From: an uncultured Alphaproteobacteria bacterium
GTDB taxonomy: Bacteria; Pseudomonadota; Alphaproteobacteria; MPNO01; DASWLB01
Direction: 5' to 3'
Assembly (NCBI GenBank): GCA_963826605.1
Contig: CAWGXN010000001.1
Span: 1,495,835 to 1,559,834 of the forward strand
DNA: 64,000 nt
Made by a program: the position numbers and the translations under genes. Each line of letters starts with the position of its first letter. Position 1 is the stretch's first letter. Under the pieces are notes generated by a model. That model made no database searches, was not told the DNA's origin, and worked only from the letters and a program-made list of their open reading frames with translations. Positions 30,836-40,427 of this stretch are shown here, piece after piece.

Positions 30836-33013
30836 GTGAAACGGGCCCTCGTCCTGATCCTGGCCGCACTGCTCGGGGCCGCCGCGCCGGCGCGGGCGGC
30901 GCCGTGGACCGATTATCGCGTCATCATGTGGCAGGACCAGACGCCGGAAGCCTACCGGGCGCTCGCCGCGATCGGCGTCGACGCCGCCGCCGTGTCATGG
31001 CGCAACGTGGGCACGGAAAAGCTCGACCGGGCGCTCGCCCCGCTGCGCGCGGCCGGGCTCGGCTGGTATTTCGAGAACGTCGCCACGGATTTCTACGCGT
31101 CCTATCACCGCTGGACGCCGGGCAAGCCGGTCAATTGGCGCTTCCTCGAGACGAAGCGGCGCTACAAGGCGAACCCGGACGACCCAACCGTGTTCTACCG
31201 CGAGCCGGGATTGAACGATCCGGCCTGGCTCGCCCGCATCCGCGCCCGCCTCACGCGGGCCGCGCGCGCCGCCGCCCCCTACCCGCCATTGTTCTACAAC
31301 CTGGCGGACGAGGCCGGCATCGCCGACAACGGCTCGTACTGGGATTTCGACCTCGCGCCGCGCTCCCTCGCCGGCATGCGCACCTGGCTGCGCGGACAGT
31401 ACGGCTCGCTCGCCGCGCTCAACCGGGAATGGGGCACGGACTTCGCGCGCTGGGACGAGGTCATGCCCGAGACCACGCCGCAGGCCTTCGCGCGCACGGA
31501 TTCCAACTTCGCCGCCTGGGCGGACTTCAAGGCGTGGATGGATGTCGCCTTCGCGCGCGCGGTGCGCACGGGCACGGAGGCTTTGCACGCGGCCGACCCG
31601 GAGGCGCGCTCGGCGCTGGAAGGCGGGCAGGTGCCCGGCTGGGGCGGATACGACTACACGCGTCTCGCCGGGGCGGTCGACGTGTTCGAGATCTACGACT
31701 TCGCCCAAAACATCGACATCGTGCGCTCGCTGTCGCCGGAGACGGTGCTGCTTTCGACCAGTGGCGGCATTGGGCCGCCCGCCGCGCACCAGGCCTGGAA
31801 CCTGCTGCTGCGCGGCGAGCGCGGCATCATCCTGTGGGACCCGAAGCACCGCCTGATGCAGCCGGACGGCGCGCCGGGCCCGGGCACGGATGCGGCCGCC
31901 GCTTTGTTCGCCCGGCTGCGCGGCGGGATCGGCGCGCTGATCGCCGGCGCGAGCCCTCATTACGACCCGGTCGCGATCCTCTATTCGCCGCCGAGCTTCC
32001 GCGCCCAATGGATGCTCGACGTGAAGCCCACCGGCGCGGCATGGAGCGCGCGAACGCCCGACTCGGAGTACGAGGACAATCCGGTGCGCGCGGCACGGCG
32101 CGGCTATTTCCAGGCGCTGCGCCGGCTCGGCATCGCGCCGCGCTTCATCTCCCCTGCCCAGCTCGCCGGCGGCATCCTGGACCGCCGCAAGGACAGGATG
32201 GTGGTTCTGCCGCACGCGATCGCTTTGTCCGAGGATGAGGCGCAGGCGGTGCGGCGCTTCGCCGAAGCGGGCGGGATCGTGGTCGCCGATACGATTCCCG
32301 GGGCGTTCGACGCCCACGTGAAGAAGCGGACAGCACCCGCGTTGGCCCGACTGTTTGGCTCCGGCCGCACCAACGTCAGGCTGGTTGCACCCGAGCCCGC
32401 GGCCCTGGCCGACGCGCTCCCGCCACTGCTGGCCTCGGCCGGGATCGCGCCCGCCGTGACGGTCCGGGGCGCCGACGGCGCGCGCCCGGCCGACGTCCAG
32501 AGCTACGCCTACCGCAATGGAGACGTGACCGTGATCGCCGTGCAGCGCGAAAGGCGGAAGGGCGCGCCGGCCGAGGAAATCGTGACGCTCGACGTGCCGA
32601 AGGGCGCCTACGTCACCGACCTGATGCAAGGCCGTCGGCTCGGCCAGACGGACCGCGTGACCGTCACGCTCGGGGCGGTCGCGCCGGCCATCTATGCGGT
32701 TTCGGCGCGGCCGCTGCCGCCATTGGAGATGTCGCTCGCCGACGGGGCGGATGCGACCCTGCATCTCGGCCGCGCCTCTCCGGTTGCGCGGCTGCGGCCG
32801 ATCCACGTCGCGGTGACCGGACCCGATGGCAGGGCCGTGCCGGCCCTCACCGGAAACGTGCTGCTGACCGGGATGGCCACCGACCGGCCGGTCGCGCCCG
32901 GGCAGGACGCGCCGCAGGGAACCTGGCGCGTGCGTGTAACCGACCTGCTGGCCGGCACGACGCGCAGTTTCGCGCTGGAGGTGCCCGCTACGCGGCGAGA
33001 GCCGCGCGATTGA
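30836..33013 (+). CDS. secreted hypothetical protein, 725 aa (possible GH42-like glycoside-hydrolase fold)
   Basis: GTG start. Signal peptide 'VKRALVLILAALLGAAAPARAAP'. No strongly diagnostic motif; W/Y-rich segments 'GWYFENVATDFYASYHRW'. Confidence 0.55.
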   Translation: MKRALVLILAALLGAAAPARAAPWTDYRVIMWQDQTPEAYRALAAIGVDAAAVSWRNVGTEKLDRALAPLRAAGLGWYFENVATDFYASYHRWTPGKPVNWRFLETKRRYKANPDDPTVFYREPGLNDPAWLARIRARLTRAARAAAPYPPLFYNLADEAGIADNGSYWDFDLAPRSLAGMRTWLRGQYGSLAALNREWGTDFARWDEVMPETTPQAFARTDSNFAAWADFKAWMDVAFARAVRTGTEALHAADPEARSALEGGQVPGWGGYDYTRLAGAVDVFEIYDFAQNIDIVRSLSPETVLLSTSGGIGPPAAHQAWNLLLRGERGIILWDPKHRLMQPDGAPGPGTDAAAALFARLRGGIGALIAGASPHYDPVAILYSPPSFRAQWMLDVKPTGAAWSARTPDSEYEDNPVRAARRGYFQALRRLGIAPRFISPAQLAGGILDRRKDRMVVLPHAIALSEDEAQAVRRFAEAGGIVVADTIPGAFDAHVKKRTAPALARLFGSGRTNVRLVAPEPAALADALPPLLASAGIAPAVTVRGADGARPADVQSYAYRNGDVTVIAVQRERRKGAPAEEIVTLDVPKGAYVTDLMQGRRLGQTDRVTVTLGAVAPAIYAVSARPLPPLEMSLADGADATLHLGRASPVARLRPIHVAVTGPDGRAVPALTGNVLLTGMATDRPVAPGQDAPQGTWRVRVTDLLAGTTRSFALEVPATRREPRD

Positions 33014-33464
33014 TCTCGGTCAAGGCCAGGTCGGTCAGCGCCAGGTCGGCCTCCTTCTCCTCGTCGAGCGAGCGATGCAGCGCCGCCGCATCGTCGTCGA
33101 GCCCCTGCTGCGCCGCGAGCGCGGCGACCGTTCCGTAGGCGGCCATCTGGTGGTGTTGCACCTTCTGCAGCGCGCCGACCAGACCGACATCGCCCAGCGC
33201 GTCGCTGTCCAACGGGGCGAGCATCTTCTCCATCTTTGAGACCATCGCCTCGACGATCTGGTCCATGTGGGGCAGCGGCTCGGCCTTGTGCGCCGCGAGG
33301 ATCGCCTCGAGCCGCTCCAGGCGCAGCGCCGCACCGTCGCGGTAGCTAAGGATGTGGGCCTTGAGCGTGGGCCGCGTGGCCAGCTCGGCAACCCGCGGCA
33401 GGTCGTTCGCCAGGATGCTCTCCGCGCCCAGCACTTCCTGCAGGGTTGCGACGTAGAAGCCCAA
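32988..33464 (-). CDS. DUF892 (YciE/YciF-like ferritin-fold) protein
   Basis: 'LVGALQKVQHHQMAAYGTVAALAAQQGLDDDAAALHRSLDEEKEADLALTDLA' matches the DUF892 C-terminal helix pair. Overlaps the convergent secreted-protein gene by 26 bp. Confidence 0.65.
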   Translation of the reverse strand: MGFYVATLQEVLGAESILANDLPRVAELATRPTLKAHILSYRDGAALRLERLEAILAAHKAEPLPHMDQIVEAMVSKMEKMLAPLDSDALGDVGLVGALQKVQHHQMAAYGTVAALAAQQGLDDDAAALHRSLDEEKEADLALTDLALTEINRAALAA

Positions 33465-33521
33465 AAGAAGTCTTGATCAGCATCGCTCGCACCTTTCGCC
33501 GCCGGAGGGGCGCCTGCCCGC

Positions 33522-34160
33522 TCAACGGCCGGGCGGGCCGCCGGTTCCCAGCTCGGCGGCGAGGCACGCGGCGAGCGCATCGACAGCCGCCGCAACGGCC
33601 GGGCTCACGCGGCTGCCGATGTCGAAGCGCATCCCCTCGACGGCACAGACGATGCAGGCCGGCGGCAGCGTGCCAAGCGTCCGCGCCAGCTCGATGGCCT
33701 CGTGAAGCCCGAACCCGTGGGTCGACATGCCGAACCGCGCGGCGGGCAGCGATCGCGCCGCCGCGTCGAAGCGGCGGATCGTCCCTGCCGGCGCGCCGGA
33801 CGCACAGGCATCGACCAGCCATACCGCCGCCGCGCGCTCCATCAGCGCAAGCAGCGCCGTCGCCTCGCCATCGGATTCGCAAATCAAGATGTCGTCGCTG
33901 GGCGCAGGCTGACCCCCCTCCCCAGCCCTCCCCCTCAAGGGGGGAGGGGGCGTTGCGTTGCTGCCCGTGTGCGCGATGGCAACATCGCGGCCGGGCTCGA
34001 TGCACCGTCGAAAGTCCCGGCGTTCCCTCCCACGTTGAGGGGGAGGGACAGGGTGGGGGGTAAGCAGAGCGGCCAGCCGCTGGGTGACGAGGCGACCGGC
34101 GGCGTCGTCGCCCCGATCGGGATTGCCGATGCCGATCACGACGCGGCGCGGGGCGTTCAC
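33522..34160 (-). CDS. hupD: [NiFe]-hydrogenase maturation endopeptidase (HupD/HybD-like) carrying an in-frame 54-aa repeat-derived insertion
   Basis: GTG start 4 bp after the hydA stop. 'VVIGIGNPDRGDDAAGRLV' (GxGN...DDGxG) and 'VWLVDA' motifs. Repeat family A copy 3 (33912-34063) is inserted between 'RLAALL' and 'DDILICESDG' without stops. Confidence 0.7.
   Translation of the reverse strand: MNAPRRVVIGIGNPDRGDDAAGRLVTQRLAALLTPHPVPPPQRGRERRDFRRCIEPGRDVAIAHTGSNATPPPPLRGRAGEGGQPAPSDDILICESDGEATALLALMERAAAVWLVDACASGAPAGTIRRFDAAARSLPAARFGMSTHGFGLHEAIELARTLGTLPPACIVCAVEGMRFDIGSRVSPAVAAAVDALAACLAAELGTGGPPGR
33912..34063. repeat. composite palindromic repeat family A, copy 3 (intragenic, in-frame)
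   Basis: 'cccccctccccagccctccccctcaaggggggaggggg' ... 'ccctcccacgttgagggggagggacagggtgggggg'. Confidence 0.8.
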
Positions 34161-34164
34161 CGCG

Positions 34165-35455
34165 TCAGCCCCGGTCGATGTCGAGCCGCAGGAAATGCGT
34201 CGAGCACGAGATGCAGGGGTCGTAGTTGCGCACCGTCTGCTCGCAGCGATGGCGCAGATCCTTGTCGGGCAGGTCGAGGAACCCGCCCACGAAACTCGCC
34301 AGATCGGCCTCGATGGAGGCCTGGTTCTGCGATGTCGGCGGCACGATCTTCGCCGTCGCGATGGTGCCGTCCGCGTTAAGCCCGTAGCGGTGATAGAGGA
34401 GCCCGCGCGGCGCCTCCGTCGCGCCGTACCCGGTGCCGGCGCGCGGCACGACCTCGACCGCCGGCCGGTCGGGCCGCTCGTACGCGTCGATGAGGCGCAG
34501 CGCTTCGTCGCAGGCAAACAGCACCTCGACGGCCCGCACGACGATGCTGCGATACGGGTTGGTGCAGACCGGCCCGAGCCCCGCCTCGCGCGCCGCCTCC
34601 CGCGCCAGCGGCGACAGGCGCTCGAGAGTTGAGGCATAGCGCGCGAGCGGCCCACAGAGATAGTCGCCGCCGTCGGTCATGCGCGAATGCAGCGCGGTCG
34701 AGCGCGCCACGTGGGACTCCTCGAAATGCGCCTCGTAGTCGCGCACCGCGATGTCGAGCCCGCGGTTCGACACGATGCGGCCGTCATTGAACGGGTACTC
34801 GTCGGGATGGCGCAGCGCGACAAAGGTGTAGTCGCGCGACCGCTCGGGGAAGTCGAACCCCGCCACCCAGCGCACGGTTTCAAGCGCGTCGTCGCGGGCG
34901 CGCTTCAGCGTTTCGGCGAGCGGCGCGAGCTCGCGCTTCGTCGGCACGCGGTAGAACCCGCCGACGCGCACGTTGATCGGGTGGATCTCGCGCCCGCCGA
35001 GAAGGGCGACGATCTCGTTCCCCGCCTTCTTCAGCGCGAGGCCGCGCGTCACCTCCGGGCCGTGGTCCCTGGCCATCTCGATCGCGCCGTCATAGCCGAG
35101 GAAGTCGGGCGCGTGCAGCATGACGACGTGCAGCGTGTGGCTTTCGATCCACTCCCCGCAATAGAGCAGCCGCCGCAGCGCGCGCAGCGGCCCGGTCACC
35201 GCCACGCCGAGCGCGTCCTCCATCGCGTGCACCGCGCTCATCTGATACGCGACCGGGCAGATGCCGCAGATGCGCGAGGTGATGTCCGGCGCCTCCGCAT
35301 GGTCGCGGCCGCGCAGGAACGCCTCGAAAAATCGCGGCGGCTCGAAGATCGAAAGCTCGGCACGCGCGCACCTTGCCGTCGCGCACCACGACCTTGAACG
35401 CGCCCTCGCCCTCGACCCGCGCCAGATAGTCGACCTTGATGGTCCTACGGGTCAT
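34165..35455 (-). CDS. hydA: [NiFe]-hydrogenase large (alpha) subunit, group 3-like (one frameshift near 35360)
   Basis: N-terminal '[12 protein letters not shown]'. L1-like '[11 protein letters not shown]'. C-terminal L2 '[11 protein letters not shown]'. About 430 aa. Confidence 0.8.
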
Positions 35456-35528
35456 GCCGCTCGCTCTCCTCGCGGAAGCCCGGCGCGTTGCCGTTGAAGT
35501 TGCGCCAGACGCTGGCTGAAGCGCGCGC

Positions 35529-36232
35529 TCATCCATGCCGAGCATCGTTCATCCAGGCGCTGAGCGAAGGTGCGTTCGGCGTCTCCTTCGGGCCGTAGCA
35601 GCCGTAGCAGCCGCGGTCGTAGCCGGGGCACAGCGCGCCGCACCCGGCATGGGTCGCGGGGCCCAGGCAGGGCGTGCCGTGCGCCACCATCACGCAGACA
35701 TTGCCCTTCAGCTTGCACTCGATGCAGACGCTGTGCGGCGGCGTCACCGGCCGGCGCCCGGCGAGGAAGGCCGAGATCACCTCGACGAGCTGGCGCTTGG
35801 AGATCGGGCAGCCGCGCAGCTCGAAATCGACCTTCACGTGGTCGGCGATCGGCGTCGATGTGTCTCGAGCGTCTGGATATAGTCGGGCCGCGCATAGACC
35901 ACCGACGCGTATTCCTTCACGTCGGCGAAGTTGCGCAGCGCCTGGATGCCGCCCGCCGTCGCGCACGCCCCGATGGTCACGAGCGTCCTGGAGCGCAGCC
36001 GGACGTCGCGGATGCGCGCCGCATCGTGCGGCGTGGTGATCGAGCCCTCGACCAGCGACAGGTCATAGGGCCCCTTCACCGTGCCGCGCGTCGCCTCGGG
36101 GAAATAGGCGATCTCGACCGCGCCGGCGACAGCCAGCAGCTCGTCCTCGCAATCGAGCAGGGTGAGCTGGCAGCCGTCGCAGGACGCGAACTTCCATACG
36201 GCGAGACGCGGCTTGCGCGGTTTCGCGGCCAC
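35529..36232 (-). CDS. hydD: [NiFe]-hydrogenase small (delta) subunit (one frameshift near 35880)
   Basis: '[21 protein letters not shown]' proximal-cluster cysteines. C-terminal '[11 protein letters not shown]...[30 protein letters not shown]'. GTG start with AAGGAG 8 nt upstream. Confidence 0.75.
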
Positions 36233-36233
36233 G

Positions 36234-37074
36234 TCAGATCTCCTTCGTCGCCAACAGCGTGCGGATGCGGTCATAGCGGAACACCGGCCCGTCGCGACAG
36301 ACGAACACGGTGCCGAACTGGCAGTGGCCGCACAGCCCGATCGCGCATTTCATGTTGCGCTCCATCGACAGGTGGATCGCATCGTCCGTCACGCCTGCGT
36401 CCCCCAGCGCGGCGACCGCGAAGCGCATCATCACTTCGGGCCCGCAGACCAGGGCGATGGCGTGCAGCGGGTCGAACGCCGCGCGCGGGATCAGCGCGGT
36501 CACCACGCCGACATGGCCGCGCCAGTCGCCCGTCGCGTGGTCGACCGTCACCTCGATGTCGATGTCCAGCCGGCGGCGCCACTGCTCCAGCTCGCGGCGG
36601 AACAGGATCTCGTCGGGGCTGCGCGTGCCGTAGAGCAGGCAGATCGTGCCGTAGCGCTCGCGCTCGGCCAACAGCCGGTAGAGCGCGGGACGCAGCGGCG
36701 CGAGTCCGAGCCCGCCGGCGACGACCACCACGTCGCGCCCGGCCGCCTCCGCGATCGGCCAGCTCGGTGCCGAACGGGCCGCGCAGCCCGACCGCATCGC
36801 CCGGCGCGAGGCCCGTCAAGGCGCGCGACACGGGCCCGACGGCGCGAATGGTATGGACCAGCGCCCCGCCGGCGGCGGGATCGCCGCTCACGCTGATCGG
36901 CACCTCGCCGACGCCGAATACGCCCAGCATGTTGAACTGGCCGGGCGCATAGCCCGCCTCGTCCGGCGCCTCGATGTCGAGCGTCCAGGTTTCCGCCACC
37001 TCGCGCCGGCGGCGGGCGACACGGGCGACGCGCGGCACCATCGGGTCGGGCTCAGCCACCGTCCGGCCGTCCAT
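36234..37074 (-). CDS. hydG: hydrogenase gamma subunit, FAD/NAD(P)-binding with [2Fe-2S] (one frameshift near 36790)
   Basis: '[17 protein letters not shown]' NAD-binding motif. C-terminal '[12 protein letters not shown]' 2Fe-2S site. Confidence 0.7.
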
Positions 37075-37528
37075 AGACGTCGAGAATCTGCAGCCGGGTC
37101 GCCTGCAGCCGCTGGGCGATGACCGGCAGGAAGCGCATCAGCACGTCATATCCGAGATCGTGGTCCGCCTCGCACTTCTCGCGCAGGCACCTCGCATCCA
37201 TCGCGATGGCGCGCACCAGCACCAGCGCCTTCGCGTCGTAGGTCCAGCGATAGGGCGGGATCAGCCAGGACACGCCGACGATCTCGCCGGCGACGATGGT
37301 CTGGAAGGTGACGGCACCGCGGCCCGGCGCCGTCACCTCGAGCGCCACGCGCCCGTGGCGCAGCAGGTAGAAGCTGTCTGCCGGCTCGCTTTCGCGGAAC
37401 AGGTACTGGCCCGCCTCGAACCGCACGTTCTTCGCGCAGCCGCAGATCAGGTCGCAGAACGCGTCGGGCAGCCCGGCGAAGAACGGATGCTCGCGTACGA
37501 TCCGGTCGATGCCCTCGATCTCCACCAT
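37052..37528 (-). CDS. cyclic-nucleotide-binding domain protein (no DNA-binding domain)
   Basis: 158 aa. '[29 protein letters not shown]' cNMP-binding beta-barrel. Embedded between hydB and hydG. Confidence 0.7.
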   Translation of the reverse strand: MVEIEGIDRIVREHPFFAGLPDAFCDLICGCAKNVRFEAGQYLFRESEPADSFYLLRHGRVALEVTAPGRGAVTFQTIVAGEIVGVSWLIPPYRWTYDAKALVLVRAIAMDARCLREKCEADHDLGYDVLMRFLPVIAQRLQATRLQILDVYGRPDGG

Positions 37529-37537
37529 GGCCCCTCC

Positions 37538-38656
37538 TCAGCGCGACGGCGTCTCGCGGATCGCGCGTACCTCCTCGGTGATGTCGATACCGACCGGGCA
37601 CCAGGTGATGCAGCGCCCGCAACCCACGCAGCCGGACGTGCCGAACTGATCGTACCAGGTCGACAGCTTGTGGGTCATCCACTGGCGATAGCGCGAGCGG
37701 GTGGAGGCGCGCACCGAGCCGCCGTGAATATAGGAGAAATCCATCGTGAAGCAGGAGTCCCAGCGGCGCGACCGCGACGTCTCGGTTCCGGTCAGGTCGC
37801 TGGAGTCCTCGACCGAGGTGCAGAAGCAGGTGGGGCACACCATCGTGCAGTTGCCGCAGGACAGGCACCGCTGCGCCACCTCGTCCCAGCGCGGATGATC
37901 GAGATTGGCAAGAAGGAGCTGGTGCACATCCTCCTCGTGCATCTCGCGCCCCATCGTGGCGGCGGCGTGCGCGACGGCCGCCTCGGCCGCGGCCGTATCG
38001 GCCTCGGTCGCCGCCCGCTGCGGCAGGCCGGCCAGGATTTCGCCGCCCCTTTCGGAGCCGACCTCGACCACGAAAGACCGTTCGCCCTCGACCACGATCT
38101 CGGTCAAGGCGAGGTCGAACCCGCCAGTCGCCTTGGGGCCGGCCTTCATCGAGACGCAGAAGCAGGTACCGCCCGCCGTGCCGCAATTCACCGCGACCAC
38201 GAACGCGCGCTCGCGCCGCGCCTTGTAGTCGGGATCGACGTGGGCGCCCTCGAGGAACACGCGGTCCTGGATCGCGATGGCGCCGAGGTCGCACGACCGC
38301 ACCCCGATGAAGGCGAAGCGCTCCTCGCTGGGCGGCTCGGGCGTGACCTCCACCCCGTCTTCCGTGCGGCGGGCCTGCCACAGGCGCAGCACCGGCGGGT
38401 GCAGGAAGCGCTTCCAGCTATGCGGCCCGACCGCGTAACCGAACAGCGCGTCGTCCTCGCGCCGTGCGAGGCGATAGGTGCCGCCGTCCTGCGTGTCGGT
38501 CCAGCCGCGCGGCAGGTCGGCGACCCCGGCGACGTCGTCATAGACGATCGCCTGATCGCGCAGGGTGGGGCCGATCAGCCGATAGCCGCGGTCGCGCAAT
38601 GCGCCAAGAAGGGCGTCGAGCGCGTCGATGCCAATCACGACGGGATCGCCGGTCAT
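37538..38656 (-). CDS. hydB: hydrogenase beta subunit (4Fe-4S dicluster protein, sulfhydrogenase HydB-like)
   Basis: 372-aa intact ORF. '[16 protein letters not shown]' and '[12 protein letters not shown]' ferredoxin-type Cys motifs. Confidence 0.75.
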   Translation of the reverse strand: MTGDPVVIGIDALDALLGALRDRGYRLIGPTLRDQAIVYDDVAGVADLPRGWTDTQDGGTYRLARREDDALFGYAVGPHSWKRFLHPPVLRLWQARRTEDGVEVTPEPPSEERFAFIGVRSCDLGAIAIQDRVFLEGAHVDPDYKARRERAFVVAVNCGTAGGTCFCVSMKAGPKATGGFDLALTEIVVEGERSFVVEVGSERGGEILAGLPQRAATEADTAAAEAAVAHAAATMGREMHEEDVHQLLLANLDHPRWDEVAQRCLSCGNCTMVCPTCFCTSVEDSSDLTGTETSRSRRWDSCFTMDFSYIHGGSVRASTRSRYRQWMTHKLSTWYDQFGTSGCVGCGRCITWCPVGIDITEEVRAIRETPSR

Positions 38657-38764
38657 GCGCGCTGGGCCCGGGCGGTGCTCATGCGGCTGCTATGGTTTCA
38701 CAGCATGTCCGGCGAATAAAGGGAATCCGCGGTCGCACCCGCGTCGCGGGCGCCGGGAACGTCG

Positions 38765-39616
38765 CTACGCGCGGCGTTGAGTGGTCGCGTCACCCTCGAC
38801 GCGGACAAGCCGCCCCTGCAGCTGGTCGGCGAGCCTGACCAGCTTCGGCCCCCAGCGCGTCTCCAGGGTTTCGCGCGTGAAGTGGAAGACGGTACCGGTG
38901 CAGTTGAAGGCCAGCACCCGCGAATGGCCGACGGGCACGAACGGCACCCCGACCGCGCAGGTCTGGGGCGAGAACGCCTCCATGGCGAGGCAGAAGCCAC
39001 GCCGCTCGATCTCGGCGAACGCGGCGTCGAGCCGGGCGCCGAGCTTTTTCCACTGCTTCGGCATCGCCTCTGCAAGCCGCGCCATCGTGGCGGCCCGGTC
39101 CTGCGCGTTCAGCCCGGCGAGATAGGCCCAGCCCAGCGTCGACGTCGCGATCGGGATTCGCATGCCGACGAAGATGTTGCGCGTGAGCCCCGCCTCGCCG
39201 CGGGCGATCTCGACATAGGTCATGTCGAGCCCGTCCGCGATGCCCAGCCCGATCGTCCCGCCGCTCTCGTTGGCGAGCTCGGCCATCAGGCGCCGTGCGA
39301 GGACCGGCGCCTCAAGGGTGGAGAGCGCCGCGTAGCCGAGGGACAGCACGCCCGGTGCGAGCTCGTAGGTCCCGATCCGCTCGTCGTAGTCGAGGTAGCC
39401 GAGCTCGGCGAGGGTGAAGGTGAGGCGCGACACGGTCGCCTTCGGGATGCCCGTGCGGGCCGACAGCTCCGCATTGCCGAGGAACGCCTCGCCCGGGCGG
39501 AAAGCGGACAGGATCTTGAGGCCGCGGGCAAGCGCGGTGTTGAATCGCGGATCGCGCTTCGGCGCGCCCCGCCTGGCGCCGCGCGGCTTCCCAGGATCGG
39601 CCCCGGCGCGGGTCAT
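38765..39616 (-). CDS. IclR family transcriptional regulator
   Basis: 'ALARGLKILSAFRP...LSARTGIPKATVSRLTFTLAELGYL' HTH plus IclR effector domain. Confidence 0.8.
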   Translation of the reverse strand: MTRAGADPGKPRGARRGAPKRDPRFNTALARGLKILSAFRPGEAFLGNAELSARTGIPKATVSRLTFTLAELGYLDYDERIGTYELAPGVLSLGYAALSTLEAPVLARRLMAELANESGGTIGLGIADGLDMTYVEIARGEAGLTRNIFVGMRIPIATSTLGWAYLAGLNAQDRAATMARLAEAMPKQWKKLGARLDAAFAEIERRGFCLAMEAFSPQTCAVGVPFVPVGHSRVLAFNCTGTVFHFTRETLETRWGPKLVRLADQLQGRLVRVEGDATTQRRA

Positions 39617-39650
39617 CGCACCCCGCACGACGGGCGGCGGACCCGGCCGA

Positions 39651-40409
39651 TCACGTCTCGACGCTCGTGCCGCGCCAGCGCAGGAAGTACTGCTCGAGCC
39701 GCAGGAAGCCGAAATTGATGCAGTAGCCGAGCAGGCCCAGGGTGAGGATCCCGGCATACATCTCGGCGACGCGGAAGACCCGCTGCATGTCGAGGATGAA
39801 AAAGCCGATGCCACTGTTGCCGCTGATCATCTCGGCCACGATGCCGACGATCAGCGCGATTCCGAGGCTGATGCGCATCCCGATCAGGATGGAGGGCAGC
39901 GCCGCCGGCAGGACGATCTGGCGCAACGTCTTGAACGGCGCGATCCCGAACGTCCGTCCGGTATCGATCAGCACCGGGTCCACGCCGCGCACCCCGCCAT
40001 AGGTGTTCAGCAGGATCGGGAAGCTGCACGCCATGAACACCACGAAAACCTTCATCTCGTTGCCGATGCCGAGGATCAGGATCGCCACCGGAATGTAGGC
40101 GGAGGCCGGGATCGGACGCACGAACTCGGTAATCGGCTCCAGCAGGCGGTAGACCAGCGGAACCGTCCCCATCAGCAGCCCGACCGGAACGGCGACCGCG
40201 ACCGCGAGCGCGAAGCCGCCGAACACCCGCGCCAGCGTCGGCAGCACTTCGTGCATCAGCGCGCCGCCGTAGATGCTCTCGGCCCACAGCGTCAGGATGT
40301 CCGAAACCGGGGGAAAGGTGACCGTGTCGATCCATGCGTTGCGCGACGCGATTTCCCACATCACGAGGATCAGCGCAATCAAAATGAAGCCGGGCCAACG
40401 CCTTATCAT
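39651..40409 (-). CDS. ABC transporter permease (NitT/TauT family)
   Basis: 252 aa with six TM helices; BPD_transp_1 EAA-like loop. Confidence 0.8.
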   Translation of the reverse strand: MIRRWPGFILIALILVMWEIASRNAWIDTVTFPPVSDILTLWAESIYGGALMHEVLPTLARVFGGFALAVAVAVPVGLLMGTVPLVYRLLEPITEFVRPIPASAYIPVAILILGIGNEMKVFVVFMACSFPILLNTYGGVRGVDPVLIDTGRTFGIAPFKTLRQIVLPAALPSILIGMRISLGIALIVGIVAEMISGNSGIGFFILDMQRVFRVAEMYAGILTLGLLGYCINFGFLRLEQYFLRWRGTSVET

Positions 40410-40427
40410 GATCCTGCGACGGCCGGC

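Noticed and set aside
33035-33595. 186-aa ORF overlapping the DUF892 gene in another frame
   Set aside because: Arg/Ser/Thr-rich low-complexity translation. The DUF892 frame has a clear family match to YciE/YciF-like proteins.
19507-34063. Palindromic repeats as a possible CRISPR array
   Set aside because: The copies are inverted (palindromic) rather than direct, are separated by kilobases of genes rather than by uniform 30-40-bp spacers, and no cas genes are present.
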